DNA from: Thermoanaerobaculia bacterium
Lineage (GTDB): Bacteria > Acidobacteriota > Thermoanaerobaculia > UBA5066
Direction: 5' to 3'
DNA: 64,000 nt
NCBI GenBank assembly: GCA_035542215.1
Contig: DATKLW010000173.1
Coordinates: 1,717 to 65,716 of the forward strand
Both the position numbers and the translations under genes were made by a program. Below the pieces are notes generated by a model that was given only the letters and a program-made list of their open reading frames with translations, ran no database searches and was not told where the DNA came from. Below are positions 45,176-53,038 of this stretch, piece by piece; the first letter of the stretch is position 1, and every line of letters begins with the position of its first letter.

Positions 45176-46552
45176 TCAGAGGCGGTGCTTCCGGCAGAGG
45201 TACTTCATCTGGTTCGCGTCGAGGCCGAGCGCTTCGGCTGCACGGGCCTTGACGCCTCCGGCGCGGGCGATGGCCTGGCTCACGAGCTCCTTCTCGAATC
45301 TCTTGACCGAGATGGCGAAGGAGAGCCCGGGGGGAACCGGTTCGCCGGCACCGGAAGCGCGGCTCAGGGTTCCCGGCAGGTGCTCCGGACCGATCGTGTC
45401 CCCGTCCACCATCAGCGTCAGCATCTCGACGAGGTGCTCGAGCTCGCGCACGTTTCCGTGGAACGGGTGTCTCGCGAGCGTCTCGAAGGCCGCCGGCGAG
45501 AACGTCTTCGGATCGCGGCCGTGACGCGCGGCCGCCCGCGCTGCGAAGAAGTCCACGAGGAGGGGGACGTCCTCGCGCCGCTCCCTCAGCGGCGGGATCC
45601 TCAGGGTGACCGTGTTGAGGCGATAAAAGAGGTCGTTGCGGAACGTCCCGGCTGCCACGCGCTGCTCGAGGTCTTCGTTCGTGGCCGCGACGAGCCGGAT
45701 GTCGACGTGGATCGTCTTCGTCCCGCCGACCCGCTCGAAGTCGTGGCGCTCGAGGACGCGCAGGAGTTTGGCCTGGACGGCCGGCGAAAGCGTCGCCACC
45801 TCGTCCAGGAACAGGGTCCCGCCGTGTGCGAGCTCGAACCGTCCGGCCCGGGAGGCCACGGCGCCGGTGAAAGCGCCCCGCTCGTGGCCGAAGAGCTCGG
45901 ACTCGGCGAGCGTCTCCGTGAGCGCGGAGCTGTTCACGGCCACGAACGGACCGGCCTTCCGCGGACTGCCCCGGTGAATCGCCTCGGCCACGAGCTCCTT
46001 GCCCGTCCCGCTTTCGCCGGTCACGAGGACCGTCGCGTCGGTGGGCGCGACCTTCTCGATGAGGGCGAAGAGCGCCCGCATCCCCGGGCTCTCGCCCACG
46101 AGCCCGCCGTACGACTCGCGCCTGAAAACGTCCTCCTTCAGCGCGCGGTTCTCGGCAAGGATTCGGTGCCGCTCCATGGCCCGCCCGAGGACGTGCAAAA
46201 GGTCCGACTTCTCGAGAGGCTTGCGGAAGAAATCGAACGCCCCCATTTCGATGGCCTTGAGGGCCCAGCGGCGTTCCTTTTCGGCCGTCATGACGACGAC
46301 GGTGGCATCCGGCTGTCGCTGCCGGATGGCCTGCAGCAGGCGGAGGCCCTCTTCCGCCTCGCCCGAGGGCGGCAGCCGAAGGTCGAGGAGATAGACGTCG
46401 GGCTCGAGCTCGGCGAGCCTCAGCCCCTCGACGGCATCCCGCGCCGAGTGGACTTCGAATCGTTCCCGGAGCGCCCACACGAGCTGATCGAGGAGGAGCG
46501 AGTCGTCCTCGACGACGGCGAGACGCCCCTCCACCCCTCGGCCCGGGCCCAC
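45176..46552 (-). CDS. sigma-54-dependent response regulator (NtrC family: REC + AAA+ + HTH)
   Basis: The receiver carries DVYLLDLRLPP. The AAA+ domain carries [15 protein letters not shown] and [15 protein letters not shown]. The C-terminal HTH is RAAEALGLDANQMKYLCRKH. Confidence 0.93.
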   Translation of the reverse strand: MGPGRGVEGRLAVVEDDSLLLDQLVWALRERFEVHSARDAVEGLRLAELEPDVYLLDLRLPPSGEAEEGLRLLQAIRQRQPDATVVVMTAEKERRWALKAIEMGAFDFFRKPLEKSDLLHVLGRAMERHRILAENRALKEDVFRRESYGGLVGESPGMRALFALIEKVAPTDATVLVTGESGTGKELVAEAIHRGSPRKAGPFVAVNSSALTETLAESELFGHERGAFTGAVASRAGRFELAHGGTLFLDEVATLSPAVQAKLLRVLERHDFERVGGTKTIHVDIRLVAATNEDLEQRVAAGTFRNDLFYRLNTVTLRIPPLRERREDVPLLVDFFAARAAARHGRDPKTFSPAAFETLARHPFHGNVRELEHLVEMLTLMVDGDTIGPEHLPGTLSRASGAGEPVPPGLSFAISVKRFEKELVSQAIARAGGVKARAAEALGLDANQMKYLCRKHRL

Positions 46553-46555
46553 GGC

Positions 46556-47248
46556 TTAGACCCGCCGCCCGCGTGCGGCCGGAAGCGGCAGCAGCAGACG
46601 CACGCACGTGCCCTCGCCCCCGCTCCTCACCTCGACGTCGCCGCGGTGGTGGCGCAGGATCCTGCGGGCCGTGTAGAGCCCGAGCCCCACGCCTCCAGGC
46701 TTCGTCGTCTGGAACGGCCGGAAAAGGCGCCGCCGCACGAACTCGTCCGCCATTCCAGAACCATCGTCTTCGACCTCGACCACCGCAAAGTCCCGCCTGC
46801 CGCGACGTTCGACGCCCGTCCGGACCGTCACGCAGCCAGCCGCGGCTTCCTGGGCGTTCTGGACCACGCTCTGGATCGCCTCGCGCAGGTAGTAGGGGTC
46901 GCCCCAGACCACGGGGACCTCTGCGAAGCTCGTGCTCATCCGTGGCGCGGATCGGCCGCGGGGCCGGGACGTCCGAAGGACCTCCTGCAGCAGGTCGTTC
47001 AGCTCGAGCGGGACCTTGATGAGGACGGAGTCCCGGTGAGCCGACCAGCTCCGCGCGATCCCGTCGAGCTTCTGGACGGTCGCCTGCAGGAGGTCCGTGG
47101 CGCTGCGCCTGAAGTCCGGATCGGCGTAGTGCTCCTCCATGTTCGAGAGGAGAAGGCTCAGCCGAAGCTCGAGGTTCCGGATGTCGTGCAGGAGGACCGA
47201 GTCCTGCGTGGACCGGACGCGGCGTGAGCCGGACGGACGTTTCGGCAT
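46556..47248 (-). CDS. soluble histidine kinase (HisKA + HATPase_c, no sensor/TM domain)
   Basis: H-box LLHDIRNLE. N/G boxes VVQNAQEAA, VEDDGSGM, GGVGLGL. Confidence 0.85.
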   Translation of the reverse strand: MPKRPSGSRRVRSTQDSVLLHDIRNLELRLSLLLSNMEEHYADPDFRRSATDLLQATVQKLDGIARSWSAHRDSVLIKVPLELNDLLQEVLRTSRPRGRSAPRMSTSFAEVPVVWGDPYYLREAIQSVVQNAQEAAAGCVTVRTGVERRGRRDFAVVEVEDDGSGMADEFVRRRLFRPFQTTKPGGVGLGLYTARRILRHHRGDVEVRSGGEGTCVRLLLPLPAARGRRV

Positions 47249-47252
47249 GACC

Positions 47253-48044
47253 TCAGCGCCGGGCTGCCGCCGCGTGGAACGTGAGTTTCACCGCCATGCC
47301 CGGCCGCAGCACACGTTTCGGATCCCGCTTCACCTGCACGATCACCTGCACCGTTCCGCTGCCCGGGTCGATCACGGGGCTGATGAACGAGACGCGACCG
47401 CTCGAGAGCGCGTCCGGGAAACCCGGGGCCTCCACGGTCACCTCGTCGCCCGCCCGCACGGTCTGGAGGCTCGAAGCCTGCAGGTAGGCGCGCGCGAGGA
47501 GCGGCTCGAGCGCCATGACCTTGAAAAGGGGCTTGCTTTCCTCGAGGAGGAATTTCTCGCCCACCCGCGCGTACCGGTCCGCCACGACCCCGTCGAAGGG
47601 AGCCCGCACCACGGACCGGTCGATCACGAGCTTCGCCCTCTCCAGTTCCACGAGGGCCAGTTCGTAGCGCGAATGCTTCTGCTCGAACTCGGCCTCGCTC
47701 GTCAGGTTCAGGCGGCGCAGCTCCTCGTACCTCTTGAGGTCCGCGTGGCTCACGGCGAGCGTCTCCTCGGCGGCCTTCAGGTCCAGCAGGAACTCGCGCT
47801 GGTCCAGCGTGGCAAGCGGCTGCCCCTTCTTCACGAACTCGCCCCTCTCGGCCTGGATCGAGTCGATGACGCCGCTGACCCGGGTCGTCACGGAGACTTC
47901 CTGCTCGACCATGAGGTTCGAGGAGACGGTGAGCGGTTCCGAAGCAGCGGGGGATTCCGACACGCCGGCCAGGGACCGGGCGAGCGCGAAGAAGGAGACG
48001 GCGACGAACGCCCGACCGGAAAGCCGGATTGGATCGCACGTCAT
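47253..48044 (-). CDS. short HlyD/RND-type periplasmic adaptor (membrane fusion protein), no cognate pump adjacent
   Basis: Motifs SGVIDSIQAERGEFVKKGQPLATLD and VRAPFDGVVADRY. N-terminal signal/anchor. Confidence 0.8.
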   Translation of the reverse strand: MTCDPIRLSGRAFVAVSFFALARSLAGVSESPAASEPLTVSSNLMVEQEVSVTTRVSGVIDSIQAERGEFVKKGQPLATLDQREFLLDLKAAEETLAVSHADLKRYEELRRLNLTSEAEFEQKHSRYELALVELERAKLVIDRSVVRAPFDGVVADRYARVGEKFLLEESKPLFKVMALEPLLARAYLQASSLQTVRAGDEVTVEAPGFPDALSSGRVSFISPVIDPGSGTVQVIVQVKRDPKRVLRPGMAVKLTFHAAAARR

Positions 48045-48095
48045 CTTTTCCTCCGGTGTCGGAACGGAATGATATCGAATCGCGACGCCCGCGTT

Positions 48096-49181
48096 TCAGA
48101 TCTTCCAGAACCAGCCCTTCTTCTCGAAGACCCTGAGGACGGCCCACCAGAACAGGATCGTGGCGAGGGCGAACGCGTGCGAGCGGAGCGTGGGATCCGC
48201 GATCCACGAGAAGCCAGAACGGTAGATCCACGCGTGGAGGGTGATCGCCTTCCCCGCCGCGTCCGTCCATTTGACGAGTCCCATCGTCTTGGCGAGGAGG
48301 CCCGAGAGGACGAAGACGAGGAGCGGGTTCGTCCCGAACGTGAAGAACGGCGCGAACGGTCTCTTCACCCGGAGGACGTCGATCACGAGAACGCACAGAC
48401 CGATCGTGAGGAGCGCAGCGCCCGACGTGAAAACGACGTAGGAGGCCGTCCAGAGGTTCTTGTTGATCGGGAGGAAGCGGCCCCACAGGAGTCCCGCGGC
48501 GGTCGCGGCGGCGCCCCAGACGAGAAGTTTCGCGGCCTTCGTCTTCGCGCCCGCGGCGCCTTTCAGCAGGAAGCCCGTGAGCGTGCCCGTGAGCATCGTC
48601 GCGATTGCCGTCAGGGTCGACACGATCCCCTCGGGGTCCCAGCCCTGCGCGTTCTTCCAGAGATGGCCCTTGAGGACCGCGAGGTCCACGGCGCGCTGGA
48701 CGTTGCCCGCGGGCGTGAGGTCGTAGCCCGTCCCGAGGAGGATCCACGTGTGGAGCGCGAGGAGTACGGCGACGGCCGCGGTAACGCCCGCCCACCTCCT
48801 CTTCCAGACGGCCAGCAGGATGCAAGTTCCGAGAGCGTATGCCACACCGATGCGCGGGAGGACGCCGGGGATGCGCAGACGCGAGAGGCGCTCGAGGAAC
48901 GGCACGAACGGGTAGAACGCCATGAACCAGCCGACGAGGACGATCGTCATCCCGCGGCGGAACGCGTGGCGGGCGAGGTCGAGGCGGCTCGCTCCCTGCG
49001 CCATGCGCTTTTCGAGCGAGAAGACGCCCGCGACGCCGACGATGAAGAGGAACCACGGGAAGATGAGGTCCGTCGGAGTCCAGCCGTGCCACTCCGCGTG
49101 GTCGAACGGCCAGTAGAGGTGCCCCCAGTCGCCCGGGTTGTTCACGAAGACCATCCCGACGACCGTCAGGCCGCGGAACAT
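48096..49181 (-). CDS. DUF1624/DUF5009-type membrane acyltransferase (heparan-alpha-glucosaminide N-acetyltransferase-like); 5' end questionable
   Basis: The sequence MFRGLTVVGMVFVNNPGDWG...WHGWTPTDLIFPWFLF is polytopic. The in-frame upstream codons encode ...EKEQRLAALD without any start codon (see findings). Confidence 0.75.
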   Translation of the reverse strand: MFRGLTVVGMVFVNNPGDWGHLYWPFDHAEWHGWTPTDLIFPWFLFIVGVAGVFSLEKRMAQGASRLDLARHAFRRGMTIVLVGWFMAFYPFVPFLERLSRLRIPGVLPRIGVAYALGTCILLAVWKRRWAGVTAAVAVLLALHTWILLGTGYDLTPAGNVQRAVDLAVLKGHLWKNAQGWDPEGIVSTLTAIATMLTGTLTGFLLKGAAGAKTKAAKLLVWGAAATAAGLLWGRFLPINKNLWTASYVVFTSGAALLTIGLCVLVIDVLRVKRPFAPFFTFGTNPLLVFVLSGLLAKTMGLVKWTDAAGKAITLHAWIYRSGFSWIADPTLRSHAFALATILFWWAVLRVFEKKGWFWKI

Positions 49182-49238
49182 GTCGAGGGCTGCGAGGCGC
49201 TGCTCCTTCTCGATGAGCGCATGTTAGAACGAGCGACG

Positions 49239-49375
49239 GGGAGAAGAGGGAAATGAAGATTTTCTTGGAAGGTAAATACACGCGGCAGCAGCAGCGGCGC
49301 GGGCGGCCTCGGATGCGCCGCCCTTCCCCTCTTCACCTTCAAAGAAATTCTTCTCTTTCTCTTCTCTTTCTAAGC
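49239..49375. repeat. inverted pair of the dispersed motif between/into divergent genes (coordinates +/-1)
   Basis: The arms are GGGGAGAAGAGGGAAATGAAGATTTTCTTGGAAGGTAAATAC and CCCTCTTCACCTTCAAAGAAATTCTTCTCTTTCTCTTCTCTTTCTAAGC. Confidence 0.8.
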
Positions 49376-50950
49376 AGCATTCTCTTCGCCCTTTCGTCCT
49401 GCACGACGATCCCCGCTTCACTCCACGTGATGCCCGCGGACGATTCCCTCGCCCGCCACGTCGCGAGGCTCGCGGCGGGCAGCGGGGCGCACATGGGGAT
49501 CGTGGCGCTGCACGTCGAGAGCGGGCGCCGCCTCGAGCTGAACGCCGGCGAGTCCTTCGAGGCCGCGAGCGTCATCAAGATCGCGCTCCTCGCCGAAGCC
49601 GCGGCGCGCGACTCCGAGGGCACGCTCGACCTGACGGACCGCTGGAAGCTCACCGCGAAGGCCGTCGCCGCGGGCTCCGGCATGCTCGACGAGTTCGACC
49701 CCGGCCTCACCCCCACGAACCGGGACCTTCTCTCCCTGATGATCGCGATCTCGGACAACACGGCCGCGAACCGGTTCATCGACCTTTTCGGCGCCGCGGC
49801 CGTCAACGCGAGGATGGAGAAGCTCGGCCTCCCCGGCATCCGCCTCGTCGGGCGCATCCCGGACCGCGGCCACGAGCCCGGCAAGTGGGCGCCGCTCGGC
49901 GTCATCACGCCGGAAGCCGCCGCCGAGTACTACCGGCGCGTCGCGACGCGCACGCTGATCGACCCGGCGTCCGACCGCGTCGTCGCGAAGCTCCTTGCCG
50001 TCCAGCACTCGAAGGACCGCCTCCCCCGCCTCCTCCTCGACGACGCCGCGTCGTCATGGGCCGGCAAGACCGGGAGCTACGGCGGCGTCCGCAACGACTC
50101 CGGCATCCTCACGACGAAGAAGGGCCGCTTCGTTCTCGTCGCGTTCGCGGACGGCATCCCCGACCGCAAGGGCGCCTCGGCGCAGGCGACGCGTGCGATG
50201 GGCGACATCGCCGCGGCGATCGTGAACGCATGGTCGGCGTCGCTTCCGGACGTCGCCCCGGCGCCCGAGCCGCCGGCCGTCCCCGCGCTGCGTCCGGCCG
50301 TCCCGCGGATGGAAACGACGCTCGCCGAGGCGCGCGCGGCGACGCAGCCGTCGGACCTCGTCCGCGTCTACCGCGACACCGACCGGCGCTTCTGGGACGC
50401 GTGGGCGCTCGCCGGCGGCGACACGCGCGACGCCTGCCTCATCCCGATGCCGAACAGCTGGTGGGAGGGATTCCGCCCTTGGAAGATCGAGCCGATCTCG
50501 GCGCTCATCCTTCACCACACGTCGCAGGCCACGGACGAGGAGTGCATCGAGCTCTTTCAGAAGCCCGAGAGCCGCGTCTCGTCGCACTTCCTCGTCGGGA
50601 AAGACGGGCGCCTCTACCAGTTCGTCTCGCTCGAAGACCGGGCCTGGCACGCGGGGCCGTCGCTTCTTCACGGGCGCGTGGCCCTCAACCGGACCTCCGT
50701 GGGCGTCGAGATCACGGGCGACGGGAACAAGTATCCGTTCACGCCGGCGCAGATCGAAACCGTCGTCCGGCTCGTCGGCGTCCTGACGGCGATGTTCGAC
50801 ATTCAGGCGCCGTGGATCGCCGGCCACCAGCACATCGCCCCGGACCGAAAGGACGACCCCGGCGCCCTTTTTCCGTGGAACGATGTCGTCCGGCGGGGGC
50901 TCGAGCTGTCCGAGACCCTGCGCAAAAAGGGGCTCGAGAAGGGGGATTGA
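49313..50950 (+). CDS. lipoprotein: class-A beta-lactamase-like serine hydrolase domain fused to AmpD-type N-acetylmuramoyl-L-alanine amidase (Amidase_2)
   Basis: - Track ORF 49253..50950. The internal ATG (residue 21) gives MRRPSPLHLQRNSSLSLLFLSSILFALSSC with a lipobox.
- Beta-lactamase-like motifs: ASVIK (SxxK), SDN, KTGS.
- C-terminal amidase part: ILHHTS..., VSSHFLV, AWHAG, GVEI. Confidence 0.8.
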   Translation: MRRPSPLHLQRNSSLSLLFLSSILFALSSCTTIPASLHVMPADDSLARHVARLAAGSGAHMGIVALHVESGRRLELNAGESFEAASVIKIALLAEAAARDSEGTLDLTDRWKLTAKAVAAGSGMLDEFDPGLTPTNRDLLSLMIAISDNTAANRFIDLFGAAAVNARMEKLGLPGIRLVGRIPDRGHEPGKWAPLGVITPEAAAEYYRRVATRTLIDPASDRVVAKLLAVQHSKDRLPRLLLDDAASSWAGKTGSYGGVRNDSGILTTKKGRFVLVAFADGIPDRKGASAQATRAMGDIAAAIVNAWSASLPDVAPAPEPPAVPALRPAVPRMETTLAEARAATQPSDLVRVYRDTDRRFWDAWALAGGDTRDACLIPMPNSWWEGFRPWKIEPISALILHHTSQATDEECIELFQKPESRVSSHFLVGKDGRLYQFVSLEDRAWHAGPSLLHGRVALNRTSVGVEITGDGNKYPFTPAQIETVVRLVGVLTAMFDIQAPWIAGHQHIAPDRKDDPGALFPWNDVVRRGLELSETLRKKGLEKGD

Positions 50951-50990
50951 TTTCCCCCCGGCCGTCTCTTATAGGATCTGCCGACCCGGC

Positions 50991-51860
50991 ATGACCAATC
51001 GGCTCTCCCGTCTCGACGAGGCCGAAACCCTGCGCCGCCTCGTCCGTGATCTCCGCGAGGGGATCTACGTGACCGACCGCGCGGGCAACGTCCTCGACGC
51101 GAACCCCGCGTTCCTCGAGATGTTCGGTGTGTCGACGATCGAGGAGCTTCGGTCCCACAACGTCGCGAGCCTCGTCGTGGACGGCGGGCGGCGCGACGCC
51201 GAGCTCGCGATCCTGCACCGCGACGGCGTCGTCCGGGACTTCGAGCTCGAGATCCGGCGCGTCGGAGGCGAAATTCGCACGGTGATCGACTCGGCGACAT
51301 GCGCGAAGGACCCCGTCACGGGCGAGGCCTTTTATCACGGGATCCTGATCGACATCACGGATCGCAAGCGTCTCGAGCAGCGCCTCCTCGACCAGAGCCT
51401 CCGCGACCCCCTCACGGGCTGCTTCAACCGGAGGTATCTCCATGAGTTCGAGGGCCGCCGCAAGGACGTCCCCGGCGCGTGGGGCTGCATCATGGTCGAC
51501 CTCGATCACTTCAAGCAGTACAACGACGAGTTCGGACACGAGGCGGGCGACGCGGTCCTGAACAAAGTCGCGCGTTTCCTGATGCGCCAGACCCGCGCCG
51601 AGGAGGCCGTCGTCCGGATGGGGGGCGACGAGTTCCTGCTCCTCCTCGACGGCGCGGATGTCGACGCGACCGAGTTCGCAGCCCGGAGGCTCATGGCGAC
51701 GGCGGACCGCGAGCTCATCGTCCCCTTCTCGCTCGGCTGGGCGGCGCGGGAGGACGGGGAGACACTGGAGAAGACGATCGCCCGGGCCGACCAGAGCCTC
51801 CTGAAGTCCCGCGGCCGCACGCGCTCGGGCGAGCGGCCGCGTCTCGTGCTGCCCGCCTAG
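50991..51860 (+). CDS. PAS-GGDEF diguanylate cyclase
   Basis: PAS region IYVTDRAGNVLDANPAFLEMFG. Cyclase motifs RDPLTGCFNRRY and VRMGGDEFLLL. Confidence 0.88.
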   Translation: MTNRLSRLDEAETLRRLVRDLREGIYVTDRAGNVLDANPAFLEMFGVSTIEELRSHNVASLVVDGGRRDAELAILHRDGVVRDFELEIRRVGGEIRTVIDSATCAKDPVTGEAFYHGILIDITDRKRLEQRLLDQSLRDPLTGCFNRRYLHEFEGRRKDVPGAWGCIMVDLDHFKQYNDEFGHEAGDAVLNKVARFLMRQTRAEEAVVRMGGDEFLLLLDGADVDATEFAARRLMATADRELIVPFSLGWAAREDGETLEKTIARADQSLLKSRGRTRSGERPRLVLPA

Positions 51861-53011
51861 ACCGGCGTCACGCCCAGGCCTGGTCCCTCCGGCATCGTCC
51901 AGACGCCGTTCGCGATCCGGAGCCCGTGGAAGGGGTCCTTCGCGAGGAGCAGGTTCCCGTCGAGGTCCAGCCAGTCGAAGAGCGGCCCGAGCGCGAGGCC
52001 GGCCGCGATCCCGACCGACGACTCGATCATGCAGCCGCACATCACCTTGAGGCCGAGGGCCCGTGCGACGACGATCTGCTCCCACGAGCGCGTGATCCCG
52101 CCCGCCTTCGCGAGCTTCACGACGACGCCGTCGTAGAGGCCCTTCTTCTTCGCGACGTCCGCGGCCGTGAGGACGCCCTCGTCGCACAGGACCGGGTACG
52201 TCGCGAGGCCCTTGAGCTTCGCCATCTCGCCGTCCATCGCGGCGGGCATCGGCTGCTCGAGGAAGAGCGGCTTGATGCCGTTCAGCCAGAGGATCTTCTT
52301 CCGCGCCTCGTCCACGGTCGTCCAGCCCTCGTTTGCGTCGACCGTGATCGGCTGGCTCGAGACCGACCGGATCGCCGCGATGTTCTCCTCGTCGTTCGCG
52401 AGGCCGATCTTGACCTTGAGCTTCGGGAACGCCGCGGCTTCCTTCACCTTCTGCTTCATGACCTCGGCGGTGTCGATCCCGATCGAGAACGTCGTGACGG
52501 GCATGCCGTGCGCGGGGATACCGAGGATCTCGTGCACCGGCCGGCCGAGGCGCTTGCCCTTCCAGTCCCACAGCGCGATGTCGAGCGCCGCGACGACCTC
52601 GTGGTCGTTCCCGGCCGCGGCCTCCGCCTTCTCGAGACACGTGAGGTGGTCCCACGGGGAGAGCCCCGCGACGGCTTTTTCGACCTTCGCGTACGCGGCC
52701 TCGGACGTCTCCCAGCTCTGGTTCCAGCGCTTGTTCGCGGCGGCCTCTCCGTAGCCCGTTATGCCCTCGGACGTGATCGTGAGGAGGCCGTTCTTCTTCT
52801 CGTCGGACGAGCCGCGGGCGATCGTCCACGTGTGCGCGAGCTTCAGGAGGAGCGGACGGTACGCAAGGGCAGGCGCCGCCAGCGAGCCCCCGGACGGCTT
52901 CGGCATGCCGTCGGCCGTGACGGCGCGAGGGAGCGCGGCGGAAGCGGCGGCGGCGGCTGACGAGAGGAGGAGACCGCGGCGGGAGAGCGAGGGGGCAGAG
53001 GACTGTGTCAT
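51857..53011 (-). CDS. Tat-exported dipeptide epimerase (L-Ala-D/L-Glu epimerase-like, enolase superfamily)
   Basis: Twin-arginine motif SRRGLLLS. Motifs KLKVKIG, TVDANEGW, FLEQP, LCDEG and VVKLAKAGG. Confidence 0.8.
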   Translation of the reverse strand: MTQSSAPSLSRRGLLLSSAAAAASAALPRAVTADGMPKPSGGSLAAPALAYRPLLLKLAHTWTIARGSSDEKKNGLLTITSEGITGYGEAAANKRWNQSWETSEAAYAKVEKAVAGLSPWDHLTCLEKAEAAAGNDHEVVAALDIALWDWKGKRLGRPVHEILGIPAHGMPVTTFSIGIDTAEVMKQKVKEAAAFPKLKVKIGLANDEENIAAIRSVSSQPITVDANEGWTTVDEARKKILWLNGIKPLFLEQPMPAAMDGEMAKLKGLATYPVLCDEGVLTAADVAKKKGLYDGVVVKLAKAGGITRSWEQIVVARALGLKVMCGCMIESSVGIAAGLALGPLFDWLDLDGNLLLAKDPFHGLRIANGVWTMPEGPGLGVTPV

Positions 53012-53038
53012 GCCCGATTATGGTGTGAGAATCGCCGG

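Noticed and set aside
49224-49421. Track ORF 49224..49421 (minus, 65 aa) and the N-terminal 20 aa of 49253..50950 (MKIFLEGKYTRQQQRRGRPR).
   Set aside because: Both are translations of the inverted motif pair and its GC-rich spacer. There is no SD, and composition is low-complexity. The internal ATG that yields a lipoprotein signal peptide is preferred.
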